Positions 1 to 11,647 of a DNA stretch of 64,000 nt are shown piece by piece. The notes beneath the pieces are model-generated. The model was given only the letters and a program-made list of their open reading frames with translations, was not told where the DNA came from and ran no database searches. A program made the translations under genes and the position numbers. This stretch comes from Paludibacteraceae bacterium (GTDB lineage: Bacteria; Bacteroidota; Bacteroidia; Bacteroidales; Paludibacteraceae): the NCBI GenBank assembly GCA_017430235.1, contig JAFRNH010000008.1, positions 2,173 through 66,172 on the forward strand, given 5' to 3'. Position 1 is the stretch's first letter. Every line of letters starts with the position of its first letter.

Positions 1-538
1 AGGTGATACCTAAACCACGGAGAGGTGCTGGAACATTCGAATAGGACAATTTTTCACGAATAGCAGCCAATGCTACAATGGCGATCAACCATCCAATACC
101 TGAACCTAAAGCATACGTGGTAGCTTCACCAATACCATCAAAGTGTCTTTGTTGCATAAACAAACTTGCACCCATGATAGCACAGTTTACAGCGATCAAT
201 GGTAAGAAGATACCCAACGATGCGTACAACGAAGGACTGAACTTCTCCACTACCATTTCCACGATTTGTACAATACCAGCAATAACTGCAATAAAGAGAA
301 TAAAACTTAAAAAGCTTAAATCAACTCCCTCTACAATAGCATTAGGTGCCAACACATAGTTCTCTAACAAATAGTTGATAGGAACAGTCACCAACAACAC
401 GAAAGTGACAGCCGCACCCAATCCAACAGCAGTCTTAACATTCTTCGACACTGCTAAGTAGGAACACATTCCTAAAAAGTAGGCGAAAATCATATTGTCC
501 ACAAAGATGGACTTTACAAATAAACTTAAATACTCCAT
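1..538 (-). CDS. nqrE: Na+-translocating NADH:quinone oxidoreductase subunit E (N-terminal part; the gene runs off the left edge)
   Basis: Absent from the ORF track because it is open at the window edge. The reverse complement from the ATG at 538..536 reads [44 protein letters not shown]..., a typical NqrE/RnfA-type N-terminus. It follows nqrD by 20 nt in nqrABCDE order. Confidence 0.85.
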   Translation of the reverse strand, partial: MEYLSLFVKSIFVDNMIFAYFLGMCSYLAVSKNVKTAVGLGAAVTFVLLVTVPINYLLENYVLAPNAIVEGVDLSFLSFILFIAVIAGIVQIVEMVVEKFSPSLYASLGIFLPLIAVNCAIMGASLFMQQRHFDGIGEATTYALGSGIGWLIAIVALAAIREKLSYSNVPAPLRGLGIT

Positions 539-558
539 TTCTTTTACTTTATTAGGAA

Positions 559-1194
559 TTAATTACTTTTTTCTTGCAAATCAGGATTCTTTGCACGTTG
601 GAACCAAATGACACAAGCCACAATGATCAATGCCATTGGAGGCAAAACCATCAAACCATTGTTCATATAACCACAGTCATACAGACACTCTGGAATGATT
701 TGGAAGTTCAACAATGTACCAGATCCCAATAATTCACGGAAGAAACCTACAATGACTAAGATTAATGCATAACCCAAGCCACTACCAAGTCCATCCAAGA
801 ATGAATCCCAAGGTTTGTTTGTCATAGCAAACGCCTCCAAACGACCCATCAAAATACAGTTGGTAATGATCAAACCAACATATACTGACAATTGGACACT
901 AACATCGTATGCGAAAGCCTTTAGAACCTGACTTACGATAGTCACCAATGCAGCCACAACCACCAATTGAACGATGATACGGATACGATTTGGAATCGTA
1001 TTACGCAACAATGAGATAACAACATTGGCAAATGCAACGATGATAGTAACGGAAAGTCCCATCACTAAAGCCGGCTCTAATTTAGAAGTCACGGCCAATG
1101 CAGAACATATACCCAACACTTGGACTGCAACCGGATTGTTCAACCAAAGTGGGGATAGAAATGTCTCTTTATTTTTCTTTGAAAATAATTCCAT
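559..1194 (-). CDS. nqrD: Na+-translocating NADH:quinone oxidoreductase subunit D
   Basis: 211-aa polytopic membrane protein with NqrD-like N-terminus ([24 protein letters not shown]). Position in the nqr operon fits. Confidence 0.9.
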   Translation of the reverse strand: MELFSKKNKETFLSPLWLNNPVAVQVLGICSALAVTSKLEPALVMGLSVTIIVAFANVVISLLRNTIPNRIRIIVQLVVVAALVTIVSQVLKAFAYDVSVQLSVYVGLIITNCILMGRLEAFAMTNKPWDSFLDGLGSGLGYALILVIVGFFRELLGSGTLLNFQIIPECLYDCGYMNNGLMVLPPMALIIVACVIWFQRAKNPDLQEKSN

Positions 1195-1205
1195 ACCGTA
1201 CCCTC

Positions 1206-1877
1206 CTATTTATTAAAAAAGTTAGCATATTTAGACAAGCAATCGTGTAGCATCTTATCGACACCCTTTGAAGTGATTGTACCTCCTGAGATACCATCTA
1301 CCTCATAAGATGAGTCTACTACCTTGCCATTCTTAACAACAGAAACCTTCACTGTACCGTTCTCTTGTAAAACCTTACCAGGGAAACGACTTTGGAATTT
1401 CGCTGTTGCGATCTCAGCACCCAAACCTGGAGTTTCACCTTCGTGAGAGAAATATGTTCCATAAACAGTACGCTTGTCACTGTTGAAACTAATATAACCC
1501 CAGATAGGACCCCAAAGACCTGCACCATACAAAGGAGCAACATACTTGGTTTCTCCATCCACCTTGCATACATAGAGAGGAAGCTGATTGTCTATTTTCT
1601 TCGATTCAATAGCAAAACCACCATTTTGAGCAATCACATTACCGTTTAAATCAATAATCTGATCTGCCACAACATATTTACGATAAGCTGATTCTGCATC
1701 TGCCTTCTCTGCATCCGAAACATTCAAAGATGTAAGGATCTGTTTCATTTTATCCAACTCAACATTCTTGTCTTGTCTTCCTTTTAATGAAGAAGAGACA
1801 AAAGCCAAAAGGAATGCAACGATAACCACCATTATCGAAGCATAAATTATAGTATAGCTGTTACTATTTGTATTCAT
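1206..1877 (-). CDS. nqrC: Na+-translocating NADH:quinone oxidoreductase subunit C
   Basis: 223 aa with an N-terminal TM anchor and an FMN-attachment-like motif (GISGGTITSKGV). Lies between nqrB and nqrD. Confidence 0.9.
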   Translation of the reverse strand: MNTNSNSYTIIYASIMVVIVAFLLAFVSSSLKGRQDKNVELDKMKQILTSLNVSDAEKADAESAYRKYVVADQIIDLNGNVIAQNGGFAIESKKIDNQLPLYVCKVDGETKYVAPLYGAGLWGPIWGYISFNSDKRTVYGTYFSHEGETPGLGAEIATAKFQSRFPGKVLQENGTVKVSVVKNGKVVDSSYEVDGISGGTITSKGVDKMLHDCLSKYANFFNK

Positions 1878-1896
1878 AACGATTCGATATTAATGA

Positions 1897-3087
1897 TTAT
1901 TTATTGATTGCAACTCTATTTAATCTCTTCTTAATGTTATGCTGTACGAAGCAGTAGTCGATCAATGCAGCAAATACATTCATTAACAAGATAGCTAACA
2001 TCATACCTTCTGGATAACCTGGATTCAAGCAACGTACTACAATTGCAATAAATCCGATCATAAATCCGTAGATATATTTTCCACACTCTGTTCTTGGTGC
2101 AGTTACAGGATCGGTTGCCATAAAGACAGCACCGAAGCAGAAACCTCCTAAGAAGATATGCTCGTACCAAGGCAAATTCATCACCTCATTAGCACCAATT
2201 GCATTAAACAACAATGCTGTGCATATACCACCTGCGAAAACAGAGAACATAATCTTCCAACTTGCAATACCTGTCCATAACAAGATGATTGCACCGATTC
2301 CAATAGCAATAACACTGGTTTCACCAATTGAACCAGGATAGAATCCTAAGATCATATCCATTGGAGACATACCAGAACCAATTGCGTCAGTCAACTGAGT
2401 AGTAGCGGTAGCTTGACCTAACGGAGTAGCACCTGTAAAGCCATCTACCAAAGCATTTGTACTACCTAAACCACAAATAGGGTCTTGTGAAATCCAAACC
2501 GATTCACCTGACATTTTAGATGGATATGCAAAGAACAAGAATGCTCGCGTAATCAACGCTACATTGAAGATGTTGTAACCTGTTCCACCAAAGACCTCCT
2601 TGGCAAAGATTACTGCAAAAGCTGTTGCAACTGCCAAAATCCACAATGGACATTCAACAGGTACAATCAATGGAATCAACATACCGGAAACCAAGAATCC
2701 CTCTTGAATCTCCTCGCCCTTCCATTGAGCTGCAACAAACTCGATACCCAAACCAACTACATAGGAAACAACGATCTTTGGCAATACAGCCAAGAAACCA
2801 TAGAAGAACGTAGCCAAGAAAGAGGCCTCTTCCCCATGTACTAAATAATGCTGGAAACCAACGTTATACATACCAAACAAAAGTGCTGGTATTAACGCAA
2901 TCACAACCATAGACATCGCACGTTTAGAGTCGATGCAGTCATGAATGTGGCTTCCTCGTTTCGCAACTGTATTCGGAACGAACAAGAAGGTCTCAAATCC
3001 GTCGAAAACAGAACGAAAAGCGTGAAGTTTACCGCCCTCTTCAAATGACGGCTTCACTTTGTCGAGAAAATTTCTTAACGCTTTCAA
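1897..3087 (-). CDS. nqrB: Na+-translocating NADH:quinone oxidoreductase subunit B
   Basis: 396-aa polytopic membrane protein of NqrB/RnfD type (FMATDPVT region). Operon context fits. Confidence 0.9.
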   Translation of the reverse strand: MKALRNFLDKVKPSFEEGGKLHAFRSVFDGFETFLFVPNTVAKRGSHIHDCIDSKRAMSMVVIALIPALLFGMYNVGFQHYLVHGEEASFLATFFYGFLAVLPKIVVSYVVGLGIEFVAAQWKGEEIQEGFLVSGMLIPLIVPVECPLWILAVATAFAVIFAKEVFGGTGYNIFNVALITRAFLFFAYPSKMSGESVWISQDPICGLGSTNALVDGFTGATPLGQATATTQLTDAIGSGMSPMDMILGFYPGSIGETSVIAIGIGAIILLWTGIASWKIMFSVFAGGICTALLFNAIGANEVMNLPWYEHIFLGGFCFGAVFMATDPVTAPRTECGKYIYGFMIGFIAIVVRCLNPGYPEGMMLAILLMNVFAALIDYCFVQHNIKKRLNRVAINK

Positions 3088-3118
3088 TTTTATTTCATTT
3101 TAATTTGTTACACATTCA

Positions 3119-4474
3119 TTAAGCCAACTCCTTGCGCAGATAGTCTAATCCTTCACGCACAATGCGTTGTGTCTCAATCTTTGAAGTACATACGAATTCA
3201 CACAAAGCGAAATCCTCTGGTGCCACTTCATAGATACCCAGCTGCTCCATCTTATCAATGTCTTTTGCTATGATAGCCTTAACCAAGAACTCTGGATAGA
3301 TGTCCATAGGGAATACCTTATCATACTCACCAGACATGATGAAAGCACGCTGACCACCATTCAAATTGGTATCTATATTATACTCTTTCTTACTTCCAAG
3401 TAACCATGAGAAATAAGAACGGCTAACACTGAACTTATTCAAACGAGGTCTGATCCATCCCAACATTTCATCATTCTTATCACCCTCTGGAATAACAGTG
3501 ATTTGAGCATCAAAGGCGCCTAAGAAACCATCAGCAGGGATTTGTGTTCCCGTCAATGGGTTACCACTGATGTAACGCACATTATCACCCACGATGTTGT
3601 TGGCTACAATGTTACTGATGCATTCACCCACAGTCATCTTGTAATAAGCAGGATTCTTAACACCTGCACCATTCAAGACAATTGAACGTGCAAAGCTAAT
3701 CTGACCTGTCTTAAATGCAGCACCAATCATAGCTACATCCAACGCATTGACAGTCCATACGATATCACCCTTATTGATTGGATCAACATGATGAATCTGT
3801 ACACCCACGTTACCAGCAGGATGAGGACCTAAGAACTGATGGATTTCAATACCCTTTGTATGTGTATACAAATTAGAAGATACCTCTGCATTAATACCCA
3901 CGTGAATCTTACCTTTGGTCAATTTAGCCAATGCATCGATTCCCAATTGGAAATCCTCTTCACGACCTACCAAAAGGTATTCGTAATTAGGTGCCAATGG
4001 AGCGGAGTCAAATCCAGAGATAAAGATTGACTTCGGACAATCATTTGGATCTGCGATTACATCATACGGACGTTGTTTAATGAAGGCAAAGAAACCTGCA
4101 TTCAACAATGTCTCTTTCACGTTCTCAGGTGTCATCTCTGAAGGGCGACCCTTAGGAAATGACTCAGAAGTGAACTGACGATCTGATTTCAAACGAATGT
4201 CTAGTACCTTTCGTTTGTCTCCTCTATTCACGGCGAGGACCTCACCGCTGACAGGAGAAACGAATTTTAATTCTGGGTTCGTTTTGCTATAAAACAAAAC
4301 GGTCCCGACCTTCACCGCATCTCCCTCATGGACAACCACTTTGGGTTTTATGCCGTGAAAATCATCAGGTCTGACAGAAAACAAGTCAGAAGCTTCTGCT
4401 TTCGCAGAAACTTCTTGAGCTTTTCCTTTCAAATTGATGTCTAGACCTTTTTTAATTCTAATCACCTCAGACAT
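3119..4474 (-). CDS. nqrA: Na+-translocating NADH:quinone oxidoreductase subunit A
   Basis: 451-aa soluble protein and first gene of the nqr cluster, with an NqrA-like N-terminus (IKKGLDINLKGKA). Confidence 0.9.
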   Translation of the reverse strand: MSEVIRIKKGLDINLKGKAQEVSAKAEASDLFSVRPDDFHGIKPKVVVHEGDAVKVGTVLFYSKTNPELKFVSPVSGEVLAVNRGDKRKVLDIRLKSDRQFTSESFPKGRPSEMTPENVKETLLNAGFFAFIKQRPYDVIADPNDCPKSIFISGFDSAPLAPNYEYLLVGREEDFQLGIDALAKLTKGKIHVGINAEVSSNLYTHTKGIEIHQFLGPHPAGNVGVQIHHVDPINKGDIVWTVNALDVAMIGAAFKTGQISFARSIVLNGAGVKNPAYYKMTVGECISNIVANNIVGDNVRYISGNPLTGTQIPADGFLGAFDAQITVIPEGDKNDEMLGWIRPRLNKFSVSRSYFSWLLGSKKEYNIDTNLNGGQRAFIMSGEYDKVFPMDIYPEFLVKAIIAKDIDKMEQLGIYEVAPEDFALCEFVCTSKIETQRIVREGLDYLRKELA

Positions 4475-4504
4475 AAATATTTATTTAATTGTAAATTACT
4501 CGAA

Positions 4505-5275
4505 TTAGCCTCTGATTATACCCCTTTGTGAAGATTTTATAAAATCAACAATTAAACTTTTTTCATCAGAATCCTCCACATCCGAAATAATTTTCTCTAT
4601 TGCTTGTGTCGTATTCAAATCAGACTGATATACATAACGATAAATACTCTGAATACGATCTATTTGTTCGTTTGTAAATCCACGTCGACGTAGTCCGACA
4701 ATATTCAACCCCACATAATTCAAAGGGTCCCTTCCTGCCGTCACATACGGAGGCACATCCTTACCCACACGAGAGCCACCCTGAACAATCACATGCGCAC
4801 CAATACGGGAGAATTGATGAACCAAGATTCCTCCAGAAAGGATTGCCCAGTCATCAATGACCACCTCTCCTGCAATTTGAGAAGCATTACCTATTATAAT
4901 ATTATTGCCCAACTTACAATCATGCGCAATATGAGAATAAGCCATTAATAAACAATTGGAACCAACAATTGTAGTTCCTTTGGATGCCGTACCTCTGTTA
5001 ATCGTGACACATTCACGCACTGTCGTATTATCACCCACTACGGCAGTCGTCTCTTCTCCTCTGAATTTCAAATCTTGGGGAATAGCCGAAATTACCGCAT
5101 TCGGAAATACACGCACATTCTTACCAATTCTGGCACCACTTAAAATAGTGGCGTGCGCCATAATTAAACATCCATCTCCAATTTCTACATTCTTATCAAT
5201 GTAAACGAACGGGCCAATCTCAACATTGGCCCCGATTTTCGCTTCGGGATGGATAAAAGACATTTCTTGTACCAT
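4505..5275 (-). CDS. lpxA: acyl-ACP--UDP-N-acetylglucosamine O-acyltransferase
   Basis: 256 aa with left-handed beta-helix hexapeptide repeats and an LpxA-type C-terminal helical domain. Lies downstream of lpxC/fabZ. Confidence 0.9.
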   Translation of the reverse strand: MVQEMSFIHPEAKIGANVEIGPFVYIDKNVEIGDGCLIMAHATILSGARIGKNVRVFPNAVISAIPQDLKFRGEETTAVVGDNTTVRECVTINRGTASKGTTIVGSNCLLMAYSHIAHDCKLGNNIIIGNASQIAGEVVIDDWAILSGGILVHQFSRIGAHVIVQGGSRVGKDVPPYVTAGRDPLNYVGLNIVGLRRRGFTNEQIDRIQSIYRYVYQSDLNTTQAIEKIISDVEDSDEKSLIVDFIKSSQRGIIRG

Positions 5276-5280
5276 AACAA

Positions 5281-6666
5281 TTATTTATTTTTACTGACCT
5301 GTGCAAGGAATTCTGCCTCTGCGACTATCTTGTCGGCAACTATGGCATAACCCTTCATATAGGCACAGCCTCTTCTTATATCTGTAAGCAAGTCCAACTT
5401 AAAGATGACAGTATCTCCTGGTTTCACCTTATTTCTAAACTTAACATTATCTATCTTCAAGAAATAGGTGGAATAATTTTGAGGATCATCTAGTCTACTT
5501 AACACTAGAATACCTCCCGTCTGAGCCATCGCCTCTACCAACAACACACCTGGCATAATAGGCTCTCCTGGGAAATGTCCACAGAAAAATGTCTCATTTC
5601 CTGTCACATTCTTCACACCTACAACACCACGCTCCTTCAACTCAATAATCTTATCTATCAATAAGAATGGCCAACGATGTGGCAACAATTCCTTGATTCG
5701 ATTAATGTCCATTAAAGGTTCCTTTGACGGATCATATTCAGGGAAAAGAATCTCCTGTCTCTTTAACGTTTTAAATAATTTCTTTGAAAATTCTGTATTT
5801 ACTTTGTGTCCTGGACATGTTGCAATCACCTGTCCTTTGATAGGTTTGCCTATCAAAGCTAAATCACCAATAACATCCAACAACTTATGTCTTGCTGGTT
5901 CATTTTCGAACATCAAAGGTTTACGTTGCAAATATCCTAATTGAGATACTTGAATATGTGGCATACCAATCAAATCCGTCAAACCATCAATCTCATTTTG
6001 CTCCATTGGTTTGTCATAGATAACAATGGCATTATCCAAATCACCTCCCTTAATCAAATTATTCTTAAGTAGAGCTTCTATTTCACGAACAAAAACAAAC
6101 GTACGGCATCCTGCTATCTCTTTCGGAAAATCAGCTAATGAATCTAACGTTGCAAACTGATTTGACAAGACACATGAAGGATAATCAACATGCACAATAA
6201 CACTAAATTCATCGCTTGGTAAGATTACGATAGATGAACCTCCATTTGGATCCTTATATTCAATTTTCTTTGTGACAACAAAATACTCCTTGTCATAGTT
6301 TTGTTCTTCAATGCCAACCTTTTCTATTTCATTAACAAACAATAATGAACTACCATCTAAAATTGGCACTTCTGGTTGATCCACTTGGATTATACAGTTA
6401 TCTATCTCGAAGGCATACAATGCTGCCATTGCATGTTCGATTGTACCTACTTTCACATCTCCTTTGGCAATAACAGTGCCTCGTGAAGTCTCAACAACAT
6501 TTTCTGCAACTGCATCAATAATTGGTTGCCCCTCTAAATCTATGCGTTGAAATTTGTATCCAGTATTAACAGGCGCTGGATTAAACGTCACTGTCACGTT
6601 CAAACCAGTATGTAACCCCTTACCGGTGAGCGAGAAAGATCCTTTAAGTGTTTTCTGTTTAGGCAT
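5281..6666 (-). CDS. lpxC/fabZ: bifunctional UDP-3-O-acyl-GlcNAc deacetylase / 3-hydroxyacyl-ACP dehydratase
   Basis: 461 aa. The N-terminal LpxC half (KQKTLKGSFSLTGKGLHTG) is fused to a FabZ hot-dog half (LPHRWPFLLIDKI...GHFPGEPIMPGVL). This fusion is typical of Bacteroidota. Confidence 0.92.
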   Translation of the reverse strand: MPKQKTLKGSFSLTGKGLHTGLNVTVTFNPAPVNTGYKFQRIDLEGQPIIDAVAENVVETSRGTVIAKGDVKVGTIEHAMAALYAFEIDNCIIQVDQPEVPILDGSSLLFVNEIEKVGIEEQNYDKEYFVVTKKIEYKDPNGGSSIVILPSDEFSVIVHVDYPSCVLSNQFATLDSLADFPKEIAGCRTFVFVREIEALLKNNLIKGGDLDNAIVIYDKPMEQNEIDGLTDLIGMPHIQVSQLGYLQRKPLMFENEPARHKLLDVIGDLALIGKPIKGQVIATCPGHKVNTEFSKKLFKTLKRQEILFPEYDPSKEPLMDINRIKELLPHRWPFLLIDKIIELKERGVVGVKNVTGNETFFCGHFPGEPIMPGVLLVEAMAQTGGILVLSRLDDPQNYSTYFLKIDNVKFRNKVKPGDTVIFKLDLLTDIRRGCAYMKGYAIVADKIVAEAEFLAQVSKNK

Positions 6667-6672
6667 ATTAGG

Positions 6673-7725
6673 TTATTTTATATTGTTTAATTTTTCTTGT
6701 AATTCTTTCACTTGCTTTTGTAAATCCATCAAATCACGACGGAATGAAGGGAAGTTTCTGAAGCATGCGATTGCTTTTTGATATTGATGTGCATCCATGT
6801 GTGGATATCCATGATAAAATCCGTTAGGCGTTTTGATGTTGTTCGTAACAGCACAACGAGCTCCCATCACTGAATTATCTGCAATGGATAGGTGACCGAC
6901 AACTCCGGCTTGTCCACCAAACATACAGTGTTTTCCAATCTTTGAAGATCCTGCGACACCCGTCAAAGCAGCCATCACTGTGTTATCTCCCACCTCCACA
7001 TTATGGGCAATCTGAACCAAATTATCAATTTTTACTCCTTGTCCAATAACAGTAGCCCCCATTGTAGAACGGTCTATGGTCGTATTGGCTCCAATCTCCA
7101 CATCATCCATAATACGCACAATACCGATTTGTGGAATCTTGTCATATCGGCCATCTTCTGTAGGTGCGAAACCAAATCCATCTGCACCAATCACAGAGCC
7201 AGCATGAATTATACAATTATTTCCAACAACACATTCTTTGTAGATTTTCACTCCTGGATATAATATCACATTATCTCCAATCTGTACATTATCACCAACA
7301 TAAACTTGTGGGTAGATCTGTACATTATTTCCTATTTTGGCTCCTGCCTCAATAACAGAATAAGCTCCGATATAAAGATTCTCCCCTATCGTAGCCTTCT
7401 CTGATATACATGCCAACGATGAAACTCCACTCTTCTTTGGCTTCACACTATCCACCAATGTCAACAAAGAGGCTAATGCATCATACGAATTAGCCACCTT
7501 AATCAATGTCGCCTGAACCTCTTTCGTCGGTTCAAAATCATCATTGACTAAAACAACACTTGCCTTTGTCGTATAAATATAATCCGTGTACTTAGGGTTG
7601 GACAAGAACGTTAGCGTTCCAGGTTCACCCACTTCAATTTTGGAAAAATTAGAAACCTTAATTTCTGGATTTCCAACCACCTTACCTTTTAGGTAATCGG
7701 CTATTTGTTGCGCTGAAAACTCCAT
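6673..7725 (-). CDS. lpxD: UDP-3-O-acylglucosamine N-acyltransferase
   Basis: Hexapeptide-repeat protein. The ORF opens at 7743, but [12 protein letters not shown] at 7725 matches the usual LpxD N-terminus. Confidence 0.88.
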   Translation of the reverse strand: MEFSAQQIADYLKGKVVGNPEIKVSNFSKIEVGEPGTLTFLSNPKYTDYIYTTKASVVLVNDDFEPTKEVQATLIKVANSYDALASLLTLVDSVKPKKSGVSSLACISEKATIGENLYIGAYSVIEAGAKIGNNVQIYPQVYVGDNVQIGDNVILYPGVKIYKECVVGNNCIIHAGSVIGADGFGFAPTEDGRYDKIPQIGIVRIMDDVEIGANTTIDRSTMGATVIGQGVKIDNLVQIAHNVEVGDNTVMAALTGVAGSSKIGKHCMFGGQAGVVGHLSIADNSVMGARCAVTNNIKTPNGFYHGYPHMDAHQYQKAIACFRNFPSFRRDLMDLQKQVKELQEKLNNIK

Positions 7726-7828
7726 AAAAAAATTTTTATACAAAAATAAGGAAAATCAGTGAGCAAGAAAACTTTGTTTTCAGAAATTTTAACTTAAATT
7801 TCACTTTCGTGCTTAAATATGGAATTTC

Positions 7829-9064
7829 TCAAATCAAATCCTTGTCCCTGACATATCCAAAATAATACTTTTTTTCGTGTTTACTCAATAGTGTTAAATT
7901 CAAAATATCCGAGGCATCTGATATGTCCTTCAACTCTCCATTTCCATACAAAACCTTGATTGTATCTGATTTTGGACGATATGTATATGCCGAAACGGGA
8001 TGCAACGTCACCAAATAGCGCGCCTCTTTTTCTGACACGTTCAACGCCTTCGCAAATTTCTTCGCCAACTCAGATTCTTCTTGCTTCAGCGGCTTGTGCT
8101 CCCTCACCTCCATTTTGAACAAACGCCTATCCATCAGATTCCTACACAGAAGAGACAACACCTTATCATCACTCATAGTCCACACCTTAATAGCGCTCAT
8201 AATGTCTGAATCATCAAATAATGCATAATATTTCAATGGTTCACTCTTCTGAATGAAATCCTCTTTTGTTACATCTTGTTTTAAAAAGTAATCAAACTGC
8301 GGAGCTGCAAAAAGCGACTTGCCTCTTCTCGACAACTCTTTTGCTCGTTCCAACGTTTTTATCAACACCTGCTCTGCCGAGACCGATGTCTTATGCAGAT
8401 ATACCTGCCAATACATCATACGCCGCGCAATCAGAAACTTTTCAATGGAGTACACTCCCTTCGACTCTACCACCAACTCATCATCACACACATTCAACAT
8501 CTTGATGATTCGAGCCGCACCAACAGCTCCTTCCACCACTCCCGTAAAGAAACTGTCGCGTATCAGATAATCCAATCGGTCCATATCCAACTGACTGGAA
8601 ACCAGTTGATGAAGGAATTTCTTCGGATACTTATTCTGAAAAATCTGCAAAGCCAAATCCAACGCACCTCCCAGCTCCTTATTGATCTGTTGCATCATCA
8701 ACAAGGATATCTCTTCATGTGAGATTCCCTGCGTAATAGTACTCTCCAAAACATGAGAAAACGGTGCATGACCAATATCATGCAAAAGGATGGCTGCCAA
8801 TACGGCATTCGACTCTTCTTCTGTTATCTCATTTCCTTTGGATCGCAGTTGCGCAATGGTCTCCTCCATCAAGTGCATAGCACCCAATGAATGCTGGAAT
8901 CGGGTGTGCTGAGCTCCTGGGTATACCATAAAACTCATTCCCAATTGCTTGATTCGATTCAACCGCTGAAAATACGGATGCTGTATCAAATCATAATGCA
9001 ACTCACTCGGAATGGTAATGAATCCATGAACCGGATCATTGACTATTTTTTTCTTATTGTACAT
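7829..9064 (-). CDS. HD-domain phosphohydrolase
   Basis: 411 aa with HD motifs (RFQHSLGAMHL and LLHDIGHAPFSH). Confidence 0.8.
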   Translation of the reverse strand: MYNKKKIVNDPVHGFITIPSELHYDLIQHPYFQRLNRIKQLGMSFMVYPGAQHTRFQHSLGAMHLMEETIAQLRSKGNEITEEESNAVLAAILLHDIGHAPFSHVLESTITQGISHEEISLLMMQQINKELGGALDLALQIFQNKYPKKFLHQLVSSQLDMDRLDYLIRDSFFTGVVEGAVGAARIIKMLNVCDDELVVESKGVYSIEKFLIARRMMYWQVYLHKTSVSAEQVLIKTLERAKELSRRGKSLFAAPQFDYFLKQDVTKEDFIQKSEPLKYYALFDDSDIMSAIKVWTMSDDKVLSLLCRNLMDRRLFKMEVREHKPLKQEESELAKKFAKALNVSEKEARYLVTLHPVSAYTYRPKSDTIKVLYGNGELKDISDASDILNLTLLSKHEKKYYFGYVRDKDLI

Positions 9065-9084
9065 TAATGCAATGACGCCTCTTT

Positions 9085-9927
9085 TTATAGGTTCTTTAAG
9101 AATTCAGACATCTGTTGCTGTACTTTTTGCGCTTCTGCACGCGCTGCCTTTGCATAATCTTCTCCATTGGAAGCATACAAAATAGCTCTCGATGAATTCA
9201 CCAATAATCCACATTGGCTATTCATACCATATTTTACAACTTCTGCCAAACTACCTCCTTGCGCACCAATTCCTGGTACCAACAAAAAGTGATTAGGGAT
9301 AATCTTACGAATGTCAGACAACATCTCCGCCTTTGTGGCTCCCACCACATACATCATGTTATCTTCATTACCCCATTTCAACGAAGTCTTTAATACTTTT
9401 TCAAATAGACGATCTCCACTCTCCTTGTCTTCCATAAATTGAAAGTCAAATGCGCCTTTATTGGATGTTAATGCCAACAATGTCACCCACTTACCTTTGT
9501 AATCATCTGTCAAAAAAGGAGATACAGAATCTTCACCCATGTAAGGTGCAACCGTAACAGAATCAACATCCAACGCTCCGAAGAATGTTCGTGCATACAT
9601 GGCTGACGTGTTTCCTATGTCACCACGCTTTGCATCTGCAATAATAAATTGATCTGGATAATTTTTACGAATGTAATCTACGGTTCTTTCTAAAACATCC
9701 CATCCTTGTAGCCCAAGACTTTCATAGAAAGCAACGTTCGGCTTATATGCCACACACAAATCGGCTGTAGCGTCTATGATGTTTTTATTAAACTCAAAAA
9801 TGGGATCTAAATCATCACCATCACGGTCGAAAAGGAACTCTGGAATCTTGTTAACATCCGTATCCAATCCCACACACAAAAAAGACTGCTTGCGTTTGAT
9901 ATTCTCAAACAACTCTTCTCTATTCAT
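9085..9927 (-). CDS. pyrF: orotidine-5'-phosphate decarboxylase (long, type 2 form)
   Basis: 280 aa with LCVGLD near the N-terminus and the [10 protein letters not shown] active-site motif. Confidence 0.88.
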   Translation of the reverse strand: MNREELFENIKRKQSFLCVGLDTDVNKIPEFLFDRDGDDLDPIFEFNKNIIDATADLCVAYKPNVAFYESLGLQGWDVLERTVDYIRKNYPDQFIIADAKRGDIGNTSAMYARTFFGALDVDSVTVAPYMGEDSVSPFLTDDYKGKWVTLLALTSNKGAFDFQFMEDKESGDRLFEKVLKTSLKWGNEDNMMYVVGATKAEMLSDIRKIIPNHFLLVPGIGAQGGSLAEVVKYGMNSQCGLLVNSSRAILYASNGEDYAKAARAEAQKVQQQMSEFLKNL

Positions 9928-10027
9928 ATTCTAAATATTTTTAGTCTACAAATTTACGAGTATTTCCACAATTTGCCAAATTAATTTAGGATGGAGCCTA
10001 CCGCTCTGCTACTCTCGGTTCTTCTCA

Positions 10028-11416
10028 TTATGGCACAATTGTATCTCTCTTTACTTTATTGACTGTATCTTTCTCTTTTGTCACAATAGTATCCTTCTCT
10101 GCTTTGATCTTTTGAACCAATGTATCCACCTTTTTGGTCGTATCCTTTTTTACTGGCACAACCGACTTCACAGGTTCTTTAGAAAGTGCGGCCTTCACCT
10201 GTGAATAGTGATTGGATGCATTCCACAAAATCCATTCATCATATCCGGCATCGTAAACGGCTTGTATCTGGTCTTTGATCTGCTTACTTCCATAGGAGAT
10301 ATGTCCCTCCACCCATGGTGCCGAGAAGCATTGCAACCATGGTCGTACAACAGCTATTGTAGCGGAATCTGGCCTTTTTAATTGCTCCTGCGACAAAAGA
10401 CATGCTTTGTATATCGTTTGATATGGATTTGCATCGGGTACTGGTATGCCAAAGGTTCTTTTTCCATAATGCGATGGATAGATCATCGGACATAGTGCAT
10501 CCGTCATTGTAGCCAATTCTGCATAATTCTGTCCGGTACGTCCCCTGTCAATATCACTGCCAATCACGGTTCCAAACAAATCTGCTCCGTATACGATTCC
10601 TTTGGCATGCAATCTTTTTTGTACATAGGCAAAGAAATCTGACAGACACTGCTCCTTGCTATATGTGGCTAAATCAACCCCATAATCGGCTTTATTGGCG
10701 TCGGTTCCTATCGGAAAACGAACATAATCAAATTGAATCTCGTCAAATCCATCTTTCGTAGCTTGTTCGGCTATACTACAGATATAATCCCACACTTTCT
10801 CCTTATAGGGATTCACCCATGGCAATCCTTTCCCATCTGTCACCGAACTTCCATCCGGCTTGCAGAGTGCTAAATCTTTATCATACTTGGCTAAATAGGG
10901 ATCCTTAAAACAGACGATTCTTCCAATCACATAGATGCCTTGTTCGTGCAATTCCTTCAACAAAGCTGGCATATCGCGCACATATCGTTTACAAGCTCCC
11001 ACTTTTTGCGCCATCGTGTCTTGAATCTTGTAGGTCAAGTCTCCTCCATCGTTTTTTATATCCAGCACGATCGTATTCATCTCTGTGGATGTCACCAACT
11101 CCACCATCTCTTTCATTCGCTTCGTACCGGCTGTCGGTCCCGTCACATAAATTCCCTTCACCTTGACTTGCGGAATGAGTAACGCTCCCTTTTGTATAGG
11201 TGCAGGACGCGTGACTCTCGACACAACATGTCTCGTCGAATCTTTCTGCAATGAAACTACACTATCACCCTGAACTGAGGTGGTATCATCCGTAATCTTC
11301 TCCACCGTGTCCGTTACAACTACATCTTCTTTCAACGGCTTCTTAGGGGATTCGCCAGTCACACATCCCATTAAAATAAATGGCACAAAGAAAAACAAAC
11401 AACTCTTAATTCTCAT
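10028..11416 (-). CDS. putative glycoside-hydrolase-like TIM-barrel lipoprotein
   Basis: 462 aa with a lipoprotein signal (FILMGC) and a long Thr/Val/Lys-rich linker. The core resembles GHL-type hypothetical glycosidases (EIQFDYVRFP). Assigned from memory of the family only. Confidence 0.5.
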   Translation of the reverse strand: MRIKSCLFFFVPFILMGCVTGESPKKPLKEDVVVTDTVEKITDDTTSVQGDSVVSLQKDSTRHVVSRVTRPAPIQKGALLIPQVKVKGIYVTGPTAGTKRMKEMVELVTSTEMNTIVLDIKNDGGDLTYKIQDTMAQKVGACKRYVRDMPALLKELHEQGIYVIGRIVCFKDPYLAKYDKDLALCKPDGSSVTDGKGLPWVNPYKEKVWDYICSIAEQATKDGFDEIQFDYVRFPIGTDANKADYGVDLATYSKEQCLSDFFAYVQKRLHAKGIVYGADLFGTVIGSDIDRGRTGQNYAELATMTDALCPMIYPSHYGKRTFGIPVPDANPYQTIYKACLLSQEQLKRPDSATIAVVRPWLQCFSAPWVEGHISYGSKQIKDQIQAVYDAGYDEWILWNASNHYSQVKAALSKEPVKSVVPVKKDTTKKVDTLVQKIKAEKDTIVTKEKDTVNKVKRDTIVP

Positions 11417-11559
11417 TTTGTCTTGAGGAGTAATTCTCCCAATTTTTACTAATTAATTTAAAACAGTGAACTGATTAAATTCACTTTTAATAATCAAACA
11501 TATCATCAAGGACACCTCATAGTCCCTTTTTCAAATGCAAAAATAATATATTGAATTGA

Positions 11560-11619
11560 GGTGTGTTCTATAAATTCACCGTTTTTACAAAAAAAATAAA
11601 AAAATGTGGGTTAATAAAC
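11560..11619 (+). repeat. 21-bp inverted-repeat box with a partial downstream extension (copy 1)
   Basis: GGTGTGTTCTATAAATTCACC followed by ...AAATAAAAAAATGTGGGTTAATAAAC. About 30 nt further on lies palindrome 11648..11675. Confidence 0.6.
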
Positions 11620-11647
11620 GTTCCGTATTGTTCGTCTGTCGGTAACC

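Noticed and set aside
78-359. 93-aa plus-strand ORF at the left edge
   Set aside because: The opposite strand encodes an unmistakable NqrE N-terminus continuing the nqr operon, so the plus-strand ORF is a shadow frame.
8266-8722. Three overlapping plus-strand ORFs (79-109 aa) inside the HD-domain gene
   Set aside because: They are antisense shadows of a gene with clear HD motifs, and they overlap one another in different frames.
9938-9953. GTCTACAAATTTACG, resembling the centre of the 21-bp box
   Set aside because: Only about 12 of 16 positions match and the inverted-repeat arms are missing. This is probably coincidence in AT-rich spacer DNA.
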